This document shows positions 27,447 through 42,150 of a stretch of 64,000 bases of DNA, piece by piece. The notes under the pieces were generated by a model that was given only the letters and a program-made list of their open reading frames with translations, ran no database searches and was not told the DNA's origin. How positions within the stretch are numbered: position 1 is the first letter of the stretch; every line of letters starts with the position of its first letter. Origin of the DNA: Octopus vulgaris (lineage: Eukaryota); NCBI GenBank assembly GCA_951406725.2, contig OX597838.1, positions 33,728,001-33,792,000 of the forward strand, read 5' to 3'. The position numbers and the translations under genes are program-made.

Positions 27447-28213
27447 AGGTGCAGGAGTGGCTGTGTGGTAAGTAGCTTGCTAACCAACCACATGGTTCCG
27501 GGTTCAGTCCCACTGCGTGGCATCTTGGGCAAGTGTCTTCTGCTATAGCCCCGGGCCGACCAATGCCTTGTGAGTGGATTTGGTAGACAGAAACTGAAAG
27601 AAGCCTGTCGTATATATGTATATATATATATATGTATGTGTGTGTATGTGTGTCTGTGTTTGTCTCCCTAGCATTGCTTGACAATCGATGCTGGTGTGTT
27701 TATGTCCCCGTCACTTAGCGGTTCGGCAAAAGAGACCGATAGAATAAGTACTGGGCTTACAAAGAATAAGTCCCGGGGTTGATTTGCTCAACTAAAGGCG
27801 GTGCTCCAGCATGGCTGCAGTCAAATGACTGAAACAAGTAAAAGAGTAAAGAGTAAAGAGTATAGAATTGTAAGACATAAATATATCTTTGTCAGTTGTA
27901 AATAATAATAGAGTGGACAACAAGGGGATAGATTTATGTACAGTTTATGTCTATCAAATTTCCTTTTGGTCAACACAAGGGAATAACAACAGACATTAAC
28001 CAGCACCTGGTGTCATGTAAGCGACACCTGTGCTGGTGGCACGTAAAAAGCACCCATTACACTCTTGGGGTGGTTGGCATTAAGAAGGGTATCCAGCTGT
28101 AGAAACATTACCAGATCAGATTGGAACCTGGTGCAGCTCTCCGGCTTACCAGTTTCGGCCAAACTATCTAACCCATGCCAGCATAGAAAGCAGATGCTAA
28201 ATGATGATGATGG

Positions 28214-28246
<33 letters not shown>

Positions 28247-29261
28247 GGTGAAAATGTCATCCAATGGTATTGAACCTGAAGCCATGGGATTGCAAAGCCA
28301 ACATCCTGATAAAACCTATGTGAGAGAGAATTTTAGCTCTGGAGAAAGCTATATTCTTTTGAGAGTAACAGTTTATCATATAAACACACCAGGCAAAATA
28401 CTTAGCGACATTTCGTCTGTCTTCAGGTTCTGAGTTCAAATTCAGCTGAGGTTGACTTTGTCTTTCATCCCTTCAAGGGTCAATAAAATAAGTACCAGTT
28501 GAGTACCAGGATCAATGTAATCGACTTACCCACTGTCCTGAAATTGCTGGCCTTGTGTCAAAATTTGAAACTAATATCAATTTATCATGGGGGACAGCTT
28601 CTGACTGTGTGAAAGCCATGACTAACAGCATCCAGTTATCCTTGAAACAAGCAGTATCAAGATGTGTATTTTATTGAATGGCTGTAGACACAATTATACT
28701 CTATGCAGTACAATTGGTTGTGCTTTTACATGAGATAAAAACACACTATAATGTGAGAAGATTTGCTTTCAGAGAAAAAAACAAAAATCAATTTAGTAAA
28801 CTATTAGAGATAAAGATTTTTATCTGAGGTCAAATCAATGATAAATCAATTTGATTAATTCAAAGAAAAACTTAACAAAATGGTTACAAATGGTGCTCTA
28901 GCAATGGAAGATTCATCCACCCCTATGTACCTCTAACCTCAATCTCTGTCACTGTACATCTTCTGTTTCTCCATCACTTCCCCGCATTCATCCTACCTAC
29001 CCATTCAACCATCCTCAATTCTCTGTCCTTGTTCTCTTTCTATTCATTTTTTTTTGTATGTTGATTCTATGCCCTGATATATCATCCTGCCCCCACATCG
29101 TTTCTCCATTTCTTGTGGAGGTACCCATGTATCCCCTCTACAGCAAGACATCTGTTTCTGTCCCTCTTTCCTACTTAAGCCTAATCAGTGATCTCACTAA
29201 TGATGGTGCTGCAAAACAAAAAAAAAACACCTAGTACATTCTGTAAAGTGGTCAGTGTCAA

Positions 29262-29588
29262 GAAGGGCACCCAATCTCTCGTGGGAACAGCATCCAACCA
29301 AAGTACAAATATATGGGAAATTACCACCTGTATCATCTCTTGTGAAAGGTAAGAGAGTCCTGTTTGTTGGACATTGTTGTAGAGCTGAAAACGAGGTAAT
29401 TTCTACTCTTCTCCTCTGGAAGCCATCTGCTTGCAATACCAGAGAACGCACACTCTCCTACCCTGATGTAATCTCCAGGGATACAGGCATCCAGCAACAG
29501 GACCTCCGTAATGCTGTGATGGACCGTGAAGCCTGGCGTAACATAGTAAATTCCGTTGTCTTGACCATGGTTGAACAATGATGATGAT
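29262..29588 (+). mobile_element. RTE/RTE-X-like LINE 3' fragment
   Basis: NLSWEQHPTK...YGKLPPVS...FVGHCCR...LLLWKP...TLSYPDVISRDTG...DREAWR with a (TGA)n tail. Confidence 0.75.
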
Positions 29589-30039
29589 TGTAGAAGCCTT
29601 AGAAAAGTAGCCACCGGGGACTAAGTCAGCCTAAGGGGCTAGTTGGATCTTGTCAAACTGTCCAACTTGTAGACCGTAGATGTTACATAATGATGGGCAA
29701 CCAAACTTATGAGTATCAACTCTCAGAATGAACAACATGTAGTAAAAAAATATATGGAATTCATAAAAAATGGTAAGGAATTTAATAACTGAGAATTTAA
29801 AGAAATTTTCAAGGAACTTGAAGTGGTTTATAGTGATTTATGGTTGTGAAGCTGTGCCATTCAGAATGTTTTGCAGGCCACAGGCTGTCCATAATTGCCC
29901 TCAAAGTTTTCCTTGATCTGCTAGAAATTGTAAATAAAGAATATACATGCATACATACATACATACATACATACATAAATGCATGCATACATACATACAT
30001 ACATACACACATACACATACATACATACATACACATACA

Positions 30040-30073
<34 letters not shown>

Positions 30074-30460
30074 CATACATACATACACACATACACATAC
30101 ATACATACATACATACATACATACATACACACACATACATACATACATACATACATACATACATACAAGGCAATAAAGGAGTCTCTTCATAGTTATTTGA
30201 GGTGTTAGAAATTGCAGCCAAACTTCCCTCAAGCTTGTGGACTTGTACAAATGGTGCTCTAGCAATGGAAGATTCATCCACCCCTATGTACCTCTAACCT
30301 CAATCTCTGTCACTGTACATCTTCTGTTTCCCCATCACTTCCCCGCATTCATCCTACCTACCCATTCAACCATCCTTGATTCTCTGTCAGGTAGGTACCA
30401 GGACTTTTCAGTGAACCATTTCTTCCAGCCTGTGGCGCTTGAGGCATCTGGAGGGGCTGA

Positions 30461-30520
30461 GGGCCACTAACAGCGAAGTTGGGCCACTAACAGCAAAGTT
30501 GGGCCACTAACAGCGAAGTT
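30461..30520 (+). repeat. 20-bp tandem repeat x3 (GGGCCACTAACAGCGAAGTT)
   Basis: Direct inspection. No spacers. Confidence 0.95.
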
Positions 30521-31065
30521 CTTTTCATCGTTGGTGGTTCGCTTTACCAAGGTGTCAGGTGATGCCTGAGAGGGTGCTTGGCTGTCCCAATGGCTTAGCC
30601 TCGCCATCACCTGTAGTAATGCTGTGGGTGTGTTGGCTTACTTCAGAAGGTTCTATTAAACCTTGTGGTGTGTGAGTAATTGAAGCACATAGCGTTGAAT
30701 TCATGTCTTTTTATCTTTCTTTCTTCCTCTTTTTCCTCTTCTTGTTTTTCTTTCTTTCTTTCTCTTTTTCCTCTTCTTTTTCTTTCTTTCTTTACACATT
30801 ATTGTGTTTTCATCAGTTTTGGGTTTGAGTCTTAATATGGTTTTGTATTATACAAGTATTGTATCATATTCATATTTATGTAATTATTGAATCATCCAAA
30901 TTGTCAACTAATTAGACGGTTAACATTGTAGCTATGTACTTCAATCTACTAATTAGCTGGCGAACTCAACACTTTGTTAATAAGTGTTTTGGTTATCTAG
31001 TTAAACAGGTTAACCCTGTAAAAAGAATATACATGCATACATACATACATACATGCATGCATACA

Positions 31066-31097
<32 letters not shown>

Positions 31098-31250
31098 CAC
31101 AGACATACATACATACATGCATGCATACATACATACATACATACATACATACATAAATGCATGCATACATACATACATACAGACAGACATACATACATAA
31201 ATGCATGCATACATACATACATACATACATGTATATTTATAAATAGATAT

Positions 31251-31288
<38 letters not shown>

Positions 31289-31310
31289 GTGAGAGCATTA
31301 TTATTATTAT

Positions 31311-31867
31311 TGAGTGAGAGAGCAGTGCATGCCATCAAAGTGACACTGGGGTAAAATATACGAAGCCCAGTATACCCATCATGACTACCCGTCTGATAAG
31401 GGTACACCAGGCACATGCATCACAACCATGTGTGCACGACATGGTGATCTCATATCAAGATAAACAGGGCATGACCTTGTAGGTGGGGCCCAGTTAGAAT
31501 TTTCTTCTGGTTGAGTAGCTCATCCTGCTCAAAATGTCCCTGAATAAGGATTGTTTAAGGATGTTGAACGAAACACCCATGTTTCCAGAGGTCAATTATT
31601 CAAACCCGAAAGAATCCCTCTCAACACACGGCTATGATGCTCCCCCCAATACTTCTGCTCATGACCAGAGATGCACATATCGTCACCCACTAGTGGACAT
31701 GGTCAACTGGTTAAGGTCAAACAACTGACAAGCAAATCTGTGGTATTGAGCAGAATATTTGCTGTAGCCCATCTTTTATACCAAGACAAAACAATGTACA
31801 TGATAACTCTTCCAATCAGTTAAGATCAGAAACCATGAGAGCCACTGCCTGGTACTATATCAGGGCA
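31311..31867 (-). mobile_element. About 555-bp (TAA)n-associated element, full-length copy
   Basis: Reverse-complement homologue of 43346-43900. Confidence 0.75.
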
Positions 31868-31933
31868 ATTATTGTTGTTGTTGTTGTTGTTGTTGTTGTT
31901 CTTCTTCTTCTTCTTCTTCTTCTTCTTCTTCTT

Positions 31934-32014
<81 letters not shown>

Positions 32015-32015
32015 G
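31868..32015. repeat. Compound (TTG)n(TTC)n(TTA)n microsatellite
   Basis: Direct inspection. Confidence 0.95.
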
Positions 32016-33559
32016 TATTTTATATATAAATAAGGATAAAAGATAGAACATAGATGGTAATTCAAATTAATACACTTCACAATGTTATCTGGCATTTTAT
32101 TTATAAATATGGATGGCAAATCAAATTAATACACTTGTCAATGTTATCTAGTGGTTGTCTTTTGAGATGTGACATCAATCATCGTTAATTACTGAAAGAA
32201 CACTGGGTAAAAATTTCTTAATATAAATAAAGGACATGTTTTAACTGTTAAGATTCTTCTTTCTTTCTTTTTTTTCTTTTACTTGTTTCAGTCATTTGAC
32301 TGCGGTCATGCTGGAGCACCGCCTTTAGTCGAGAAAATTGACCCCGGGACTTATTCTTTGTAAGCCCAGTACTTATTCTATCGGTCTGTTTTGCCGAACC
32401 GCTAAGTGACAGGGACGTAAACACACCAGCATCGGTTGTCAAGCAATGTTAGGGGGACAAACACAGACACACAAACATACACACACACACATATATATAT
32501 ATACATATATTCGACGGGCTTCTTTCAGTTTCCGTCTACCAAATCCACTCACAAGGCTTTGGTCAGCCCGATGCTACAATAGAAGACACTTGTCCAAGGT
32601 GCCAGGCAGTGGGACTGAACCGGGAACCATGTGGTTGGTTAGCAAGCTACTTACCACACAGCCACTCCTGCGCCTATGTGTATTTATAATAAACCTTTAA
32701 ACTGCAGTCGCTTTATATTCTTGATACACTCAAGCAATAATTATTTTCTCTAATGAGTTTGTATATGTATGTTTGTGTACGTGTGTGTGATTGCAATAAT
32801 TATTTTTAACAAAACAGATAGAATATGGATGGTAAATTAAATTAATACACTCGTCAATGTTATCTGGGTTGTCTTTTGAGATGAGACATTACTGAAAGAA
32901 CCGCTGACTCATACATACAAACATACACATACTTCCCTTGTGCACACACGCATATACTTACACAGAGCTGAAACGCTGTTTGATTTCTCTTTTCAGTGTT
33001 GAATGTTCACCATCCCACTTCCATTGCACGCACATACACACACACAAATATTCACATACCTCCCTTTTACATACACACAACCTCCCTTTTACATACACAC
33101 ATATACTCATGCAAGGTTAAAGCGTTCCCGCTGCCATCACCCCTTTTTTCCTTCCTTATTCATCTATCACCCCTTTTTTCCCTCCTTATTCATCTAACAC
33201 CCCATCCTTTCTCATTCATATGTTGTGACAGAGAAAAACACTAGAGAATTATTATAATATATTTCTTTATTGCCCACAAGGGGCTAAACAGAGGGGACAA
33301 ACAAAGATAGATAAAAGGGATTAAGTCGACTACATCGACCCCAGTGCGTAACTGGTACTTTATTTATCGACCCCGAAAGGATGAAAGGCAAAGTCGGCCT
33401 CGGCGGAATTTGAACTCAGAACGTAACGGCAGACGAAATACAGCCACGCATTTCACCTGGCGTGCTAACGATTCTGCCAGCTCACCGCCTAGCTGGCCCA
33501 GTGCCGTCAAAAATGACAGCTAATTGTAATATTCTATATATAAATATGGATGATAAAAC

Positions 33560-33930
33560 ACCGCCGCCATGGAGATCTCATTCTTGCTCACAACATCATA
33601 AGCGGAAAGTGTAACCTCTCGAAAGAGCTGTTCTTCACTCCTGCTCCAGAGCATCCGCTGCGGGGTCATTCTGAAAAGCTCTATCTGCGACGATTTCATC
33701 TCAATCGAAGGAGAAGGGCTTTCTCCGTCCGGGTTGCAGATCCGTGGAATAAGCTGCCGGACGAGATGGTGAAGATGCCGACGACCGCTCGGTTCAAAGT
33801 CTCCCTTGACCACAAGTGGCCTGAACTATTTAATGAACACCACCCTGTACACAACTCCATGTCCCCCAACATGGCCTTGCTTTTTGCTTTTTGAGCCAAA
33901 AAATTAATTAACTAACTAACTAACTAACTA
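33560..33930 (+). mobile_element. CR1-type LINE 3' fragment (family 2)
   Basis: RRHGDLILAHNII...LRGHSEKL...AFSVRVADPWNKLP with a (TAAC)n tail. Confidence 0.85.
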
Positions 33931-35220
33931 AATCAAATTAATACACTTGTGAATGTTCACATACTTCCCTTGTACACCCACACAAATACGCACATACACA
34001 CATATACTCACACAGAGTTGAAACGCTGTTTGATTTTTCTTTTCAGCATTCACCATCTTCCATTGCACACACACAAACATTTACATGACTCCCTTGTACA
34101 TACACACACAGTTCAAATGCTGTATGATTTTTCTTCACCCACTTCCTTTCTTATTCATCTATCACCCCTTTCTTTCTCATTCATATGTTGTGACGGAGAA
34201 AAACATAAGAGTATTCTTATAGTAGAAGATGACAAGCTGGCTGATGTGTTAGCATGCTGGGTAAAACATCTGGTTTTATGTTCTGAGTTAACATTCCACT
34301 GAGGCTTATGTTACCTTTCTCTTTCACCCTTTTAGGGGTCAATAAAATAAGTACCAGTTGTGCACTGGGAAGGGGGAGTCAACGTAATTGACTTACCCCC
34401 TCCCCAAAACTTACTGTCTTATAATAATTGTTCTTGTCACTCCGTTACTTAGCCCATCCGTAACACTTCTACGTGATTAGTTGAAGAGGGGGAGAGAGAG
34501 GAGGAATGAGAGTGTGGAGGGGAAGAGAAGGCTTCTTTCAGTTTCCGTCTACCAAATCCACTCGCAAGGCTTCAGTTGGCTCGAGGCTATAGTAGAAGAC
34601 ACTTGCCCAAGATGCCACGCAGTGGGACTGAACCCGGAACCATGTGGTCAGTAAGCAAGCTACTTACCACACAGCCACTCCTGCACCTAACTGTGCATAA
34701 AGTACATAAACTATATATATAAAGTGCATTAAGTAATCATTGTATTCCAGTTTCCTTCACTTTTCAATGATTAGCAGATTAGCGACTATCTTTTGATACA
34801 GACACAACACAGGCTACGCTTTCAGGTTCATTGGATAAAGTTTTCAGAAATAACCCGAAACAGGTGGCGAGCTGTTGAGGTCGATGTAATCGACTTACCC
34901 CCTCCCCGGAGTTTGCTTGTATTGTTCCAAAATTTGAAATCATCATCATCATTATTATTATTATTATTATTCGTTATTATTGTTATACTGCTGTCTTTTC
35001 CTTTCGGACTCGATAAAATAAAGTTGACCGCTGGGGATGGGGGGTCATCAACTAGTCCCTCTACCCGCAAAAATTTCAGGCTTTGTGTCCATAATAGAAA
35101 AGATTATTCATTATTGTTGTTATTTAACCCTTGGTCAGACATGCTTGAGAATGTCAATACTGATTAGCTAACTGGAAGAATTATTGAGCATTCGACAAAA
35201 TACTTTGGAGCATTTAGCTG

Positions 35221-35638
35221 GGATCTTTTCGGTTTGAATGGCAGTTTTTTCTAGTGGTGTCATATGAAATTGTCACCCATAATTATGACCCTAGTATCGA
35301 TCTATTGCATTTCAATCTGTTTTAGGGTTTGGGGTGGGGGAAGGGTATCTTTTTTTCTTCACAAATGTAAATAAACCCAATCTGTTTCTTAAACGAGTGA
35401 CATATTCATACGGCACAGAATGTTTTTTTTTACCTCAATAGACGTCATTGATTGGTTGAAATTGCAGAAATTGAAGAAAAAAAAACCCAACAAATATCTT
35501 ACAAATTATAGAATTTTCTCAATAAAGCCAAGAGGAAAAGATGTTTTAAAAAACACATTCTACCAGTATACGAAGTTTTAAAGTGTTTAGCTACGTGGAA
35601 ATTATTTTAAAAAACTGCCGTTCAAACCGAAAAGATCC
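35221..35638. mobile_element. Non-autonomous Merlin-type MITE (418 bp)
   Basis: TIRs GGATCTTTTCGGTTTGAA(T/C)GGCAGTTTTT and a perfect 8-bp TSD TTTAGCTG. Fragments of the same family at about 2620-2826, 13245-13339 and 45600-45918. Confidence 0.85.
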
Positions 35639-36772
35639 TTTAGCTGTGACCCTTAAGTTCAAATTCTACTTGGGTAAACTTTTTTTGCTATTGTCTTTCT
35701 AGGGTTCCCAAGATATAGTATTAGTCAATCAAATACAGGAGACAATCTCATCGATTACAGCTGCCTCCATCTAGATAAAAAAAAAAAAAAAAAAAAGCTG
35801 TAGTCTTGCGCCTCTGTAACAAAATCGATAGTAATATTATCATTACTATTATTTTATTGATCTGTCATTGAGATCTGGTGTCAGGGTATAGAGCGCCCTC
35901 TCTCCAGAACATTGGAAAGGGGCAGACAACTCTAGCTTGGCCGCCGCACCAAGCGTGCATGGTTTGAGTTGGAAGGAAAAAAACAGCTCGGCTGTCTGTC
36001 TCTGTCTGTTGCTGCTCTGTGTTTGTTTTATTTTTTTTTTTTGCAGCAAATGGTCAGTGAAGTGGCGAGCGGTGGAAGTAATTGCTTGCTCAACTGACAG
36101 TTATTGGGATTGCTAAGTTTGTTTTAGAGGTTTTTCCTCCCCCCGCCGTGTTTGGTGCTGCTGCCTGTTGTTGTTGCTTCTGATGATGATGATGACGATG
36201 ATGATGCTGTCTTAGCGTCAACAGCAAGATAAAAAGAAAAAAAAACACATATATATACTCATACATATACACATATATGTGCATATATGCATGTAACATA
36301 TGCATATATTAGATATATATATACGCACACACACACATCTATATATATTACTCACAGATTCTCACACACGCGCGCACACACAGAGAGACGTGCATCTTTG
36401 AATGAGTGAATGCATGGAACAAACCGTGGGGCGCAAAAAAGGAAAAAAAGAAAGCAGCAATAAACACGAACGTCCCCTTCTATCCAAAACAGTTCGGAGC
36501 ATCATCATTTTTATATTATAAGTGAAAAAGGAAAGAAGCGAAAGCGAAAATATAAATTGGATTTTAATCGCAACAGTTTTTTTTACCAAGGCGTTAACTC
36601 TCTCTCTCTCAATCGGAATAAAAAAAAGTCATTTATCCAAAGAATTTACACATATATATATACATATATATACATACGCCTCAGTGATCCTGTTTAGGAC
36701 AACAAATCAGGGTATTTTATTAGATAATCAGAACCCACTCTTTTAAAGGCGCTAGCAGCTATTTCCGAGACC

Positions 36773-36846
36773 ATGGGGTGTCTGTGTCCGAAGGTACGGG
36801 AAGCCCTGACGGCTGAAGACACCACACAACCATCGAAGTATTCTTG
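36773..36846 (+). CDS. RP2: Probable first coding exon of XRP2/RP2 (ARL3 GAP) with N-terminal acylation motif
   Basis: Strong Kozak context ACCATGG. Translation MGCLCPKVREALTAEDTTQPSKYS-W, ending at a TG|GTAAGA donor. MGC plus PxxYSW resembles the RP2 N-terminus (human MGCFFSK...PKQYSW). Downstream exons were not identified. Confidence 0.65.
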
Positions 36847-36981
36847 GTAAGAAAGAACAATTATTTATTATTTTTTTTACTTGCTTCTTCTTCTTTGCCA
36901 CGCAAACAGTCAGAAGAAGAAGAAGAAAAAAAAAGAAAAGAAAAAAAACCGTTGCACAGTCTTTGTCTATCTGTCTGTCTG

Positions 36982-37016
<35 letters not shown>

Positions 37017-37032
37017 GTATTTATATATAGCC

Positions 37033-37063
<31 letters not shown>

Positions 37064-37166
37064 GGATACTCACTCATATACACACTGACTCACACATGCA
37101 ACTATTCACACGCACATACATGCATACACACATAACCATTTATATATATATATATATATCGTACAT

Positions 37167-37216
<50 letters not shown>

Positions 37217-37434
37217 TATATAATTTTTACACACACACTCAAATACACTTACATACATACACACATATGAAACCATTCACACACATATGCATGCATGCAT
37301 GCATACATAAATACATAACCATTAATGCATATATATATATATATATCGTATACAATTTTTATAGTACACACACACATACGCACGTACACCCGCACGCACG
37401 TACACCTGCACGCACACACACACAAGTACACCCG

Positions 37435-37483
<49 letters not shown>

Positions 37484-38174
37484 GCACGCACACACACACA
37501 CACACATACACGCACGCACGTACACCCGCACGCACACACACACTCTCTCTCTCACACACACACACGCACGTACACCCGCACGCTCACACACACACACACA
37601 CACACATACACTCACACTCACACACACTCGCGCGTAATGTATGTAAAACCAGACGACTTCTGGGCAGAATCGGTCTGTTTAATTTTAGTTTACACTGACA
37701 AACATCGTGACAGCTACTATGTTGTTGATAATAACGATGATGATGACGCTGACGATGATGATGATCGTGGCTATTGTAGTAGTAGTAGTATTAGTAGTTG
37801 TCTTTGTTTATGAAGGTGATGATGATGATGATGATGTGGTTAATGTTATTGTTGAGGGTGACCAGATTGTTGTTGATTGCTGATGCTGATGATGATGATG
37901 AGGCTGGACAACTGTGGCCGTGACATTAAGCGACGTGGTCGTTGTCTTGCAAGCCCCGCAAGTCTATTTCGGTTACAGTAGTAGTCCGAAGATCAAAGGA
38001 ATTCCAACCGCGACCATCCCGCCTTTTTTTTTCTTTTTTTTTTTTTCGTATACATCTATGTTCTAAGAGTACATCGCCTGATGTCCTTTCTTTCTCCAAG
38101 ACGCTCGGATGCGTTTTGAGGGACATTTGGCTTCTATTACTAGCAATTCGTGAGACCACACAGAGTCGGTAGTG

Positions 38175-38224
<50 letters not shown>

Positions 38225-39169
38225 TATATATATATGTTGGTTATGATGATGATGATGATGACAGTGTTGATTGTCTTATTCCCTCTCTAAACGTCTTAGC
38301 ATATTTTATTCCAGACATTCCTTCTTTGTTCTTCTTCCTTTTTCTTCACCACGGCTTTATACTGCTGTTTGTTTAGCCCTAAACAATCACAGGCCATTTC
38401 AACCGTGACCACCACCACCACCACTTCATCTACAACATCCAGTGTTCCGTTTCCTCCCCCCCCCTCGTTTAAGACGCTTCTGTGTGATATGAGAGAGAGA
38501 GAGAGATACTTGACTGCTATTTCTACCAGCTTCGAGCGACCACTTTGGAGGTTCCTCACCTCTGTCAATGTTGCTGATGTGGTTGTTGACTAACCCCCCC
38601 CCCGCCACCACCCGCCACCATTTACCACTCAGTGAAGGAGCATCCCAAGCGCTGGCTGGCTGGCACGATCTGCTAGAAATAGCAGCCAAATCTCTCCTTA
38701 AATCATACCCTTACTGTTTTAAAAAAAATGAGAAGGACAGTGAATATGTTAGTCCTGGACGGAGAGTCTAAGAAAAGAAAAACAAACAAACAAACAAAAA
38801 AAACAACAACAAAAACCAGACGAGATGATCACGGCTGGAACACTCTTGAAATGTCTGGTTTGATCGGAGACGATCTTTGATTAACAACTGTAGCTGTTGT
38901 TAAGGTGGATACCCTGCACTCCCTTGTCGGGTGTTGCCGCTGCTGCTGCTTCTGCTGTTGTTGTTGTTGTTGTGTTGATGGTTGTTGTGGCAACTGTGAG
39001 TCCGCTTTCGTCCTTCCTCCCTTTTGTTGTTGTTGCTGTTGTTGCTTCAAACTCCGACACCTTCACACATCTTTGTCACAACATGTTTCAGAAGAAACTG
39101 AATCTTTCAAATCTGGCGACTTGATGTCTACCTTCCTGTTTGTTTTTTTTCTCTCCCTTTCGCTCTTTA

Positions 39170-39227
39170 TACATACATACCTACCTACCTACCCATGCAT
39201 CCATCCATCTATCTATCCATCTACCTG

Positions 39228-39298
<71 letters not shown>

Positions 39299-39322
39299 AT
39301 CTAACTATCTATTTATCTATCC

Positions 39323-39380
<58 letters not shown>

Positions 39381-39502
39381 GTATCCATCCATCCATCTAT
39401 TTATCCATCCATCCATCTATCTATGTGTCCACCTATCCATCCATCCATCAACCATCTATCTATCTATCCATCTATCCATCTACCTGTCTACCTATCTACC
39501 TG

Positions 39503-39580
<78 letters not shown>

Positions 39581-39600
39581 CATCTATCTGTCTGTCTGTC
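39170..39600. repeat. (TCTA/TCCA)n tetranucleotide repeat
   Basis: Direct inspection. Confidence 0.95.
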
Positions 39601-40997
39601 TCCTTTCCTCCCTTCATTTTTTCCTTCATATCATCCCATCTATTTTTTATTATTCAAAGTGTATCTAGGACTATATTCATCCATTATGCAACGTGTCCTC
39701 CCCCTTTTTTTAAAGGCGTGTTTTGAAGGAGATTAGTTTACGATTTCTAGCAGGGTCAGCGACCACATTACAGGCTCCCTCCTCGTCTTCAGGTTATAGA
39801 TGCAAAAGCTATTACAGTAAATCATCTTAGCCATTCTTTTGTATGGTGCCAGAAATTAACCTGGACATTTTACGGGAATGAGGCGAAGGAAAGAACTTCA
39901 CATCTTTATAATTAAACATTTGTGTTCAATCGTGAAAAATCTGATGGCAAGGAAAAAGCCCGATTCCCAGCGGGGAGGACCGAGTGTGTAAAAGAAGACA
40001 GCCAAGCGTGGAAGACCTCTGGATGAGGATAAACCTGACAGAAGGCGTCAGCCGAATGTCATCTCAGACTGGGTTTCCCAAATATTTTAGTGTTTGTAAA
40101 TTATGCGTGTTTTTATATTTTTTTTTTTATCTTTTGTGGTCTCAGCTTAATTTGGGAGAAGGGTCTTCAGACGTGTCCTTTCGACTTGCAATCATCTGCA
40201 ACTAAATCGAATAGGTTTCCTACTTAACGATTGTGACAGACAAACCACGCACACGTTCACACAGGCGATAGCAAATATAATATAATGTAATATAATATTA
40301 TATAATATATACACGCGCGTGCTCACCCACACGTATACATACATGCATACATGCATTCATACATACATATTCATGTGAACATTGTATTCATCCATTCACA
40401 TACATACATGTATGCATTGCATGCAAGCAGACAGACAGATAGCTAGATAGATAGATAGATTATTCTTTTGGGGAATAGTGGATCTCGAAGCTCGTCGAGC
40501 TATATATGATAGCACACGAAGGCTGCAACCTGATATTTATGTGCTTCGATGTCTAATATTCCCCAAAAAAATAATAAAGAATTTCACGTTCTCCCGAAAG
40601 CTTACAAAATTTTTTTTATCTCACACACACACACACACATACACACACTCTCTCTCTCTCACACCCATACAAACACATACATACACACGCACGCTACACG
40701 AACACACATATCCTGAGTACATACCTGTACACACGTTATTTATACTACACGCATTACACACACCACAGGTAACAACTGCTAACTTAAACCAGAGCTTTCA
40801 CTTTTAAAAATCAAAGCCATGTTGCTAAAGTACACGCGCGCGCACACACACCCTCTCTCACACACACAACATATATTTATTCTCTTTCCAGCTGTCTTCC
40901 ATAATATGAGATTTATTAAAATCTAGTTTATTTATATCCATCTGTTGGAAACAGCAGTGACACATAGACGGACACGAATATAGCTACCCACACATAT

Positions 40998-41043
<46 letters not shown>

Positions 41044-41183
41044 CTCTTTTACTTGTTTCAGTCATTTGACTGCGGCCATGCTGGAGCACCGCATGACTTA
41101 TTCTTTGTAAGCCCAGTACTTATTCTAAGTGACGGGGACATAAACACACCAGCATCGGTTGTCAAGCAATGCTAGGGAGACAA

Positions 41184-41235
<52 letters not shown>

Positions 41236-41393
41236 GACAGGCTTCTTTCAGTTTCCGTCTACCAAATCCACTCACAAGGCTTTGGTCGGCCCGGGGCTAT
41301 AGCAGAAGACACTTGCCCAAGATGCCACGCAGTGGGACTGAACCCGGAACCATGTGGTTGGTTAGCAAGCTACTTACCACACAGCCACTCCTG

Positions 41394-41472
<79 letters not shown>

Positions 41473-41662
41473 TATAATATTACATAATATTATATATATA
41501 TAATATAGTATGATATAACATAATATTATATATATATATATATTTAAAGATCTATATAAAATATATATATGGTTCAAAATTGTACGCAAAAAAACGAAAG
41601 ACAGACAGGTGAGAGAGCAGTAAACAAGGTGTATTATTTTGACACTCAGGAAGAATGGAAGT

Positions 41663-41699
41663 GTCTTTGACGTTTCGAGTCTCTGCTCTTCTACAGAAT
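41663..41699 (-). ncRNA. Hammerhead-like motif with variant CUGUAGA core
   Basis: tt-CTGTAGA-a-gag...ctc-GAAACGTC-aaagac, within a (TA)n-flanked fragment (about 41570-41700) related to 50400-50590. Confidence 0.45.
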
Positions 41700-41806
41700 A
41701 TATATATGTATGTATGTATGTGTGTATGCATGTATGCATGCATGCATGTATGTATGTTCACCTTATTTCGAGCTGTGCGGGATAATACCAGACTGACTTG
41801 GTGCTT

Positions 41807-41872
<66 letters not shown>

Positions 41873-42112
41873 AGGCGCAATGGCCCAGTGGTTAGTGCAG
41901 CGAACTTGCGGCCGGAGGATCGGGCATTGAATGAAAACACCTAAAGCTCCACGAGGGTCCGTCAGTGGGTGGTGGTGAACCCTGCTGTACTCTTTCGTCA
42001 CAACTTTCTCTCACTCTTTCTTCTGTCGGCCTGCAAAGCGCATTGTGATCAGCGATGTGTAGCAACATCTGATAGCCTGGTCGGTTACGGTGATCACGCT
42101 GATATATATATG

Positions 42113-42150
<38 letters not shown>

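Noticed and set aside
30461-30520. Short direct repeats, also 47605-47807 and 20100-20410, considered as CRISPR-like arrays
   Set aside because: Head-to-tail repeats without unique spacers, no cas genes, and a eukaryotic SINE context.
38829-39124. Gln-rich (minus) and hydrophobic signal-peptide-like (plus) ORFs
   Set aside because: No ATG start, in-frame stops just upstream, A-rich rather than pyrimidine-rich acceptors, and largely (GTT/GCT)n.
39900-40075. Purine-rich unique segment considered as RP2 exon 2
   Set aside because: None of the three plus-strand frames resembles RP2 (D.R.KVDPKD...), and there is no clear acceptor.
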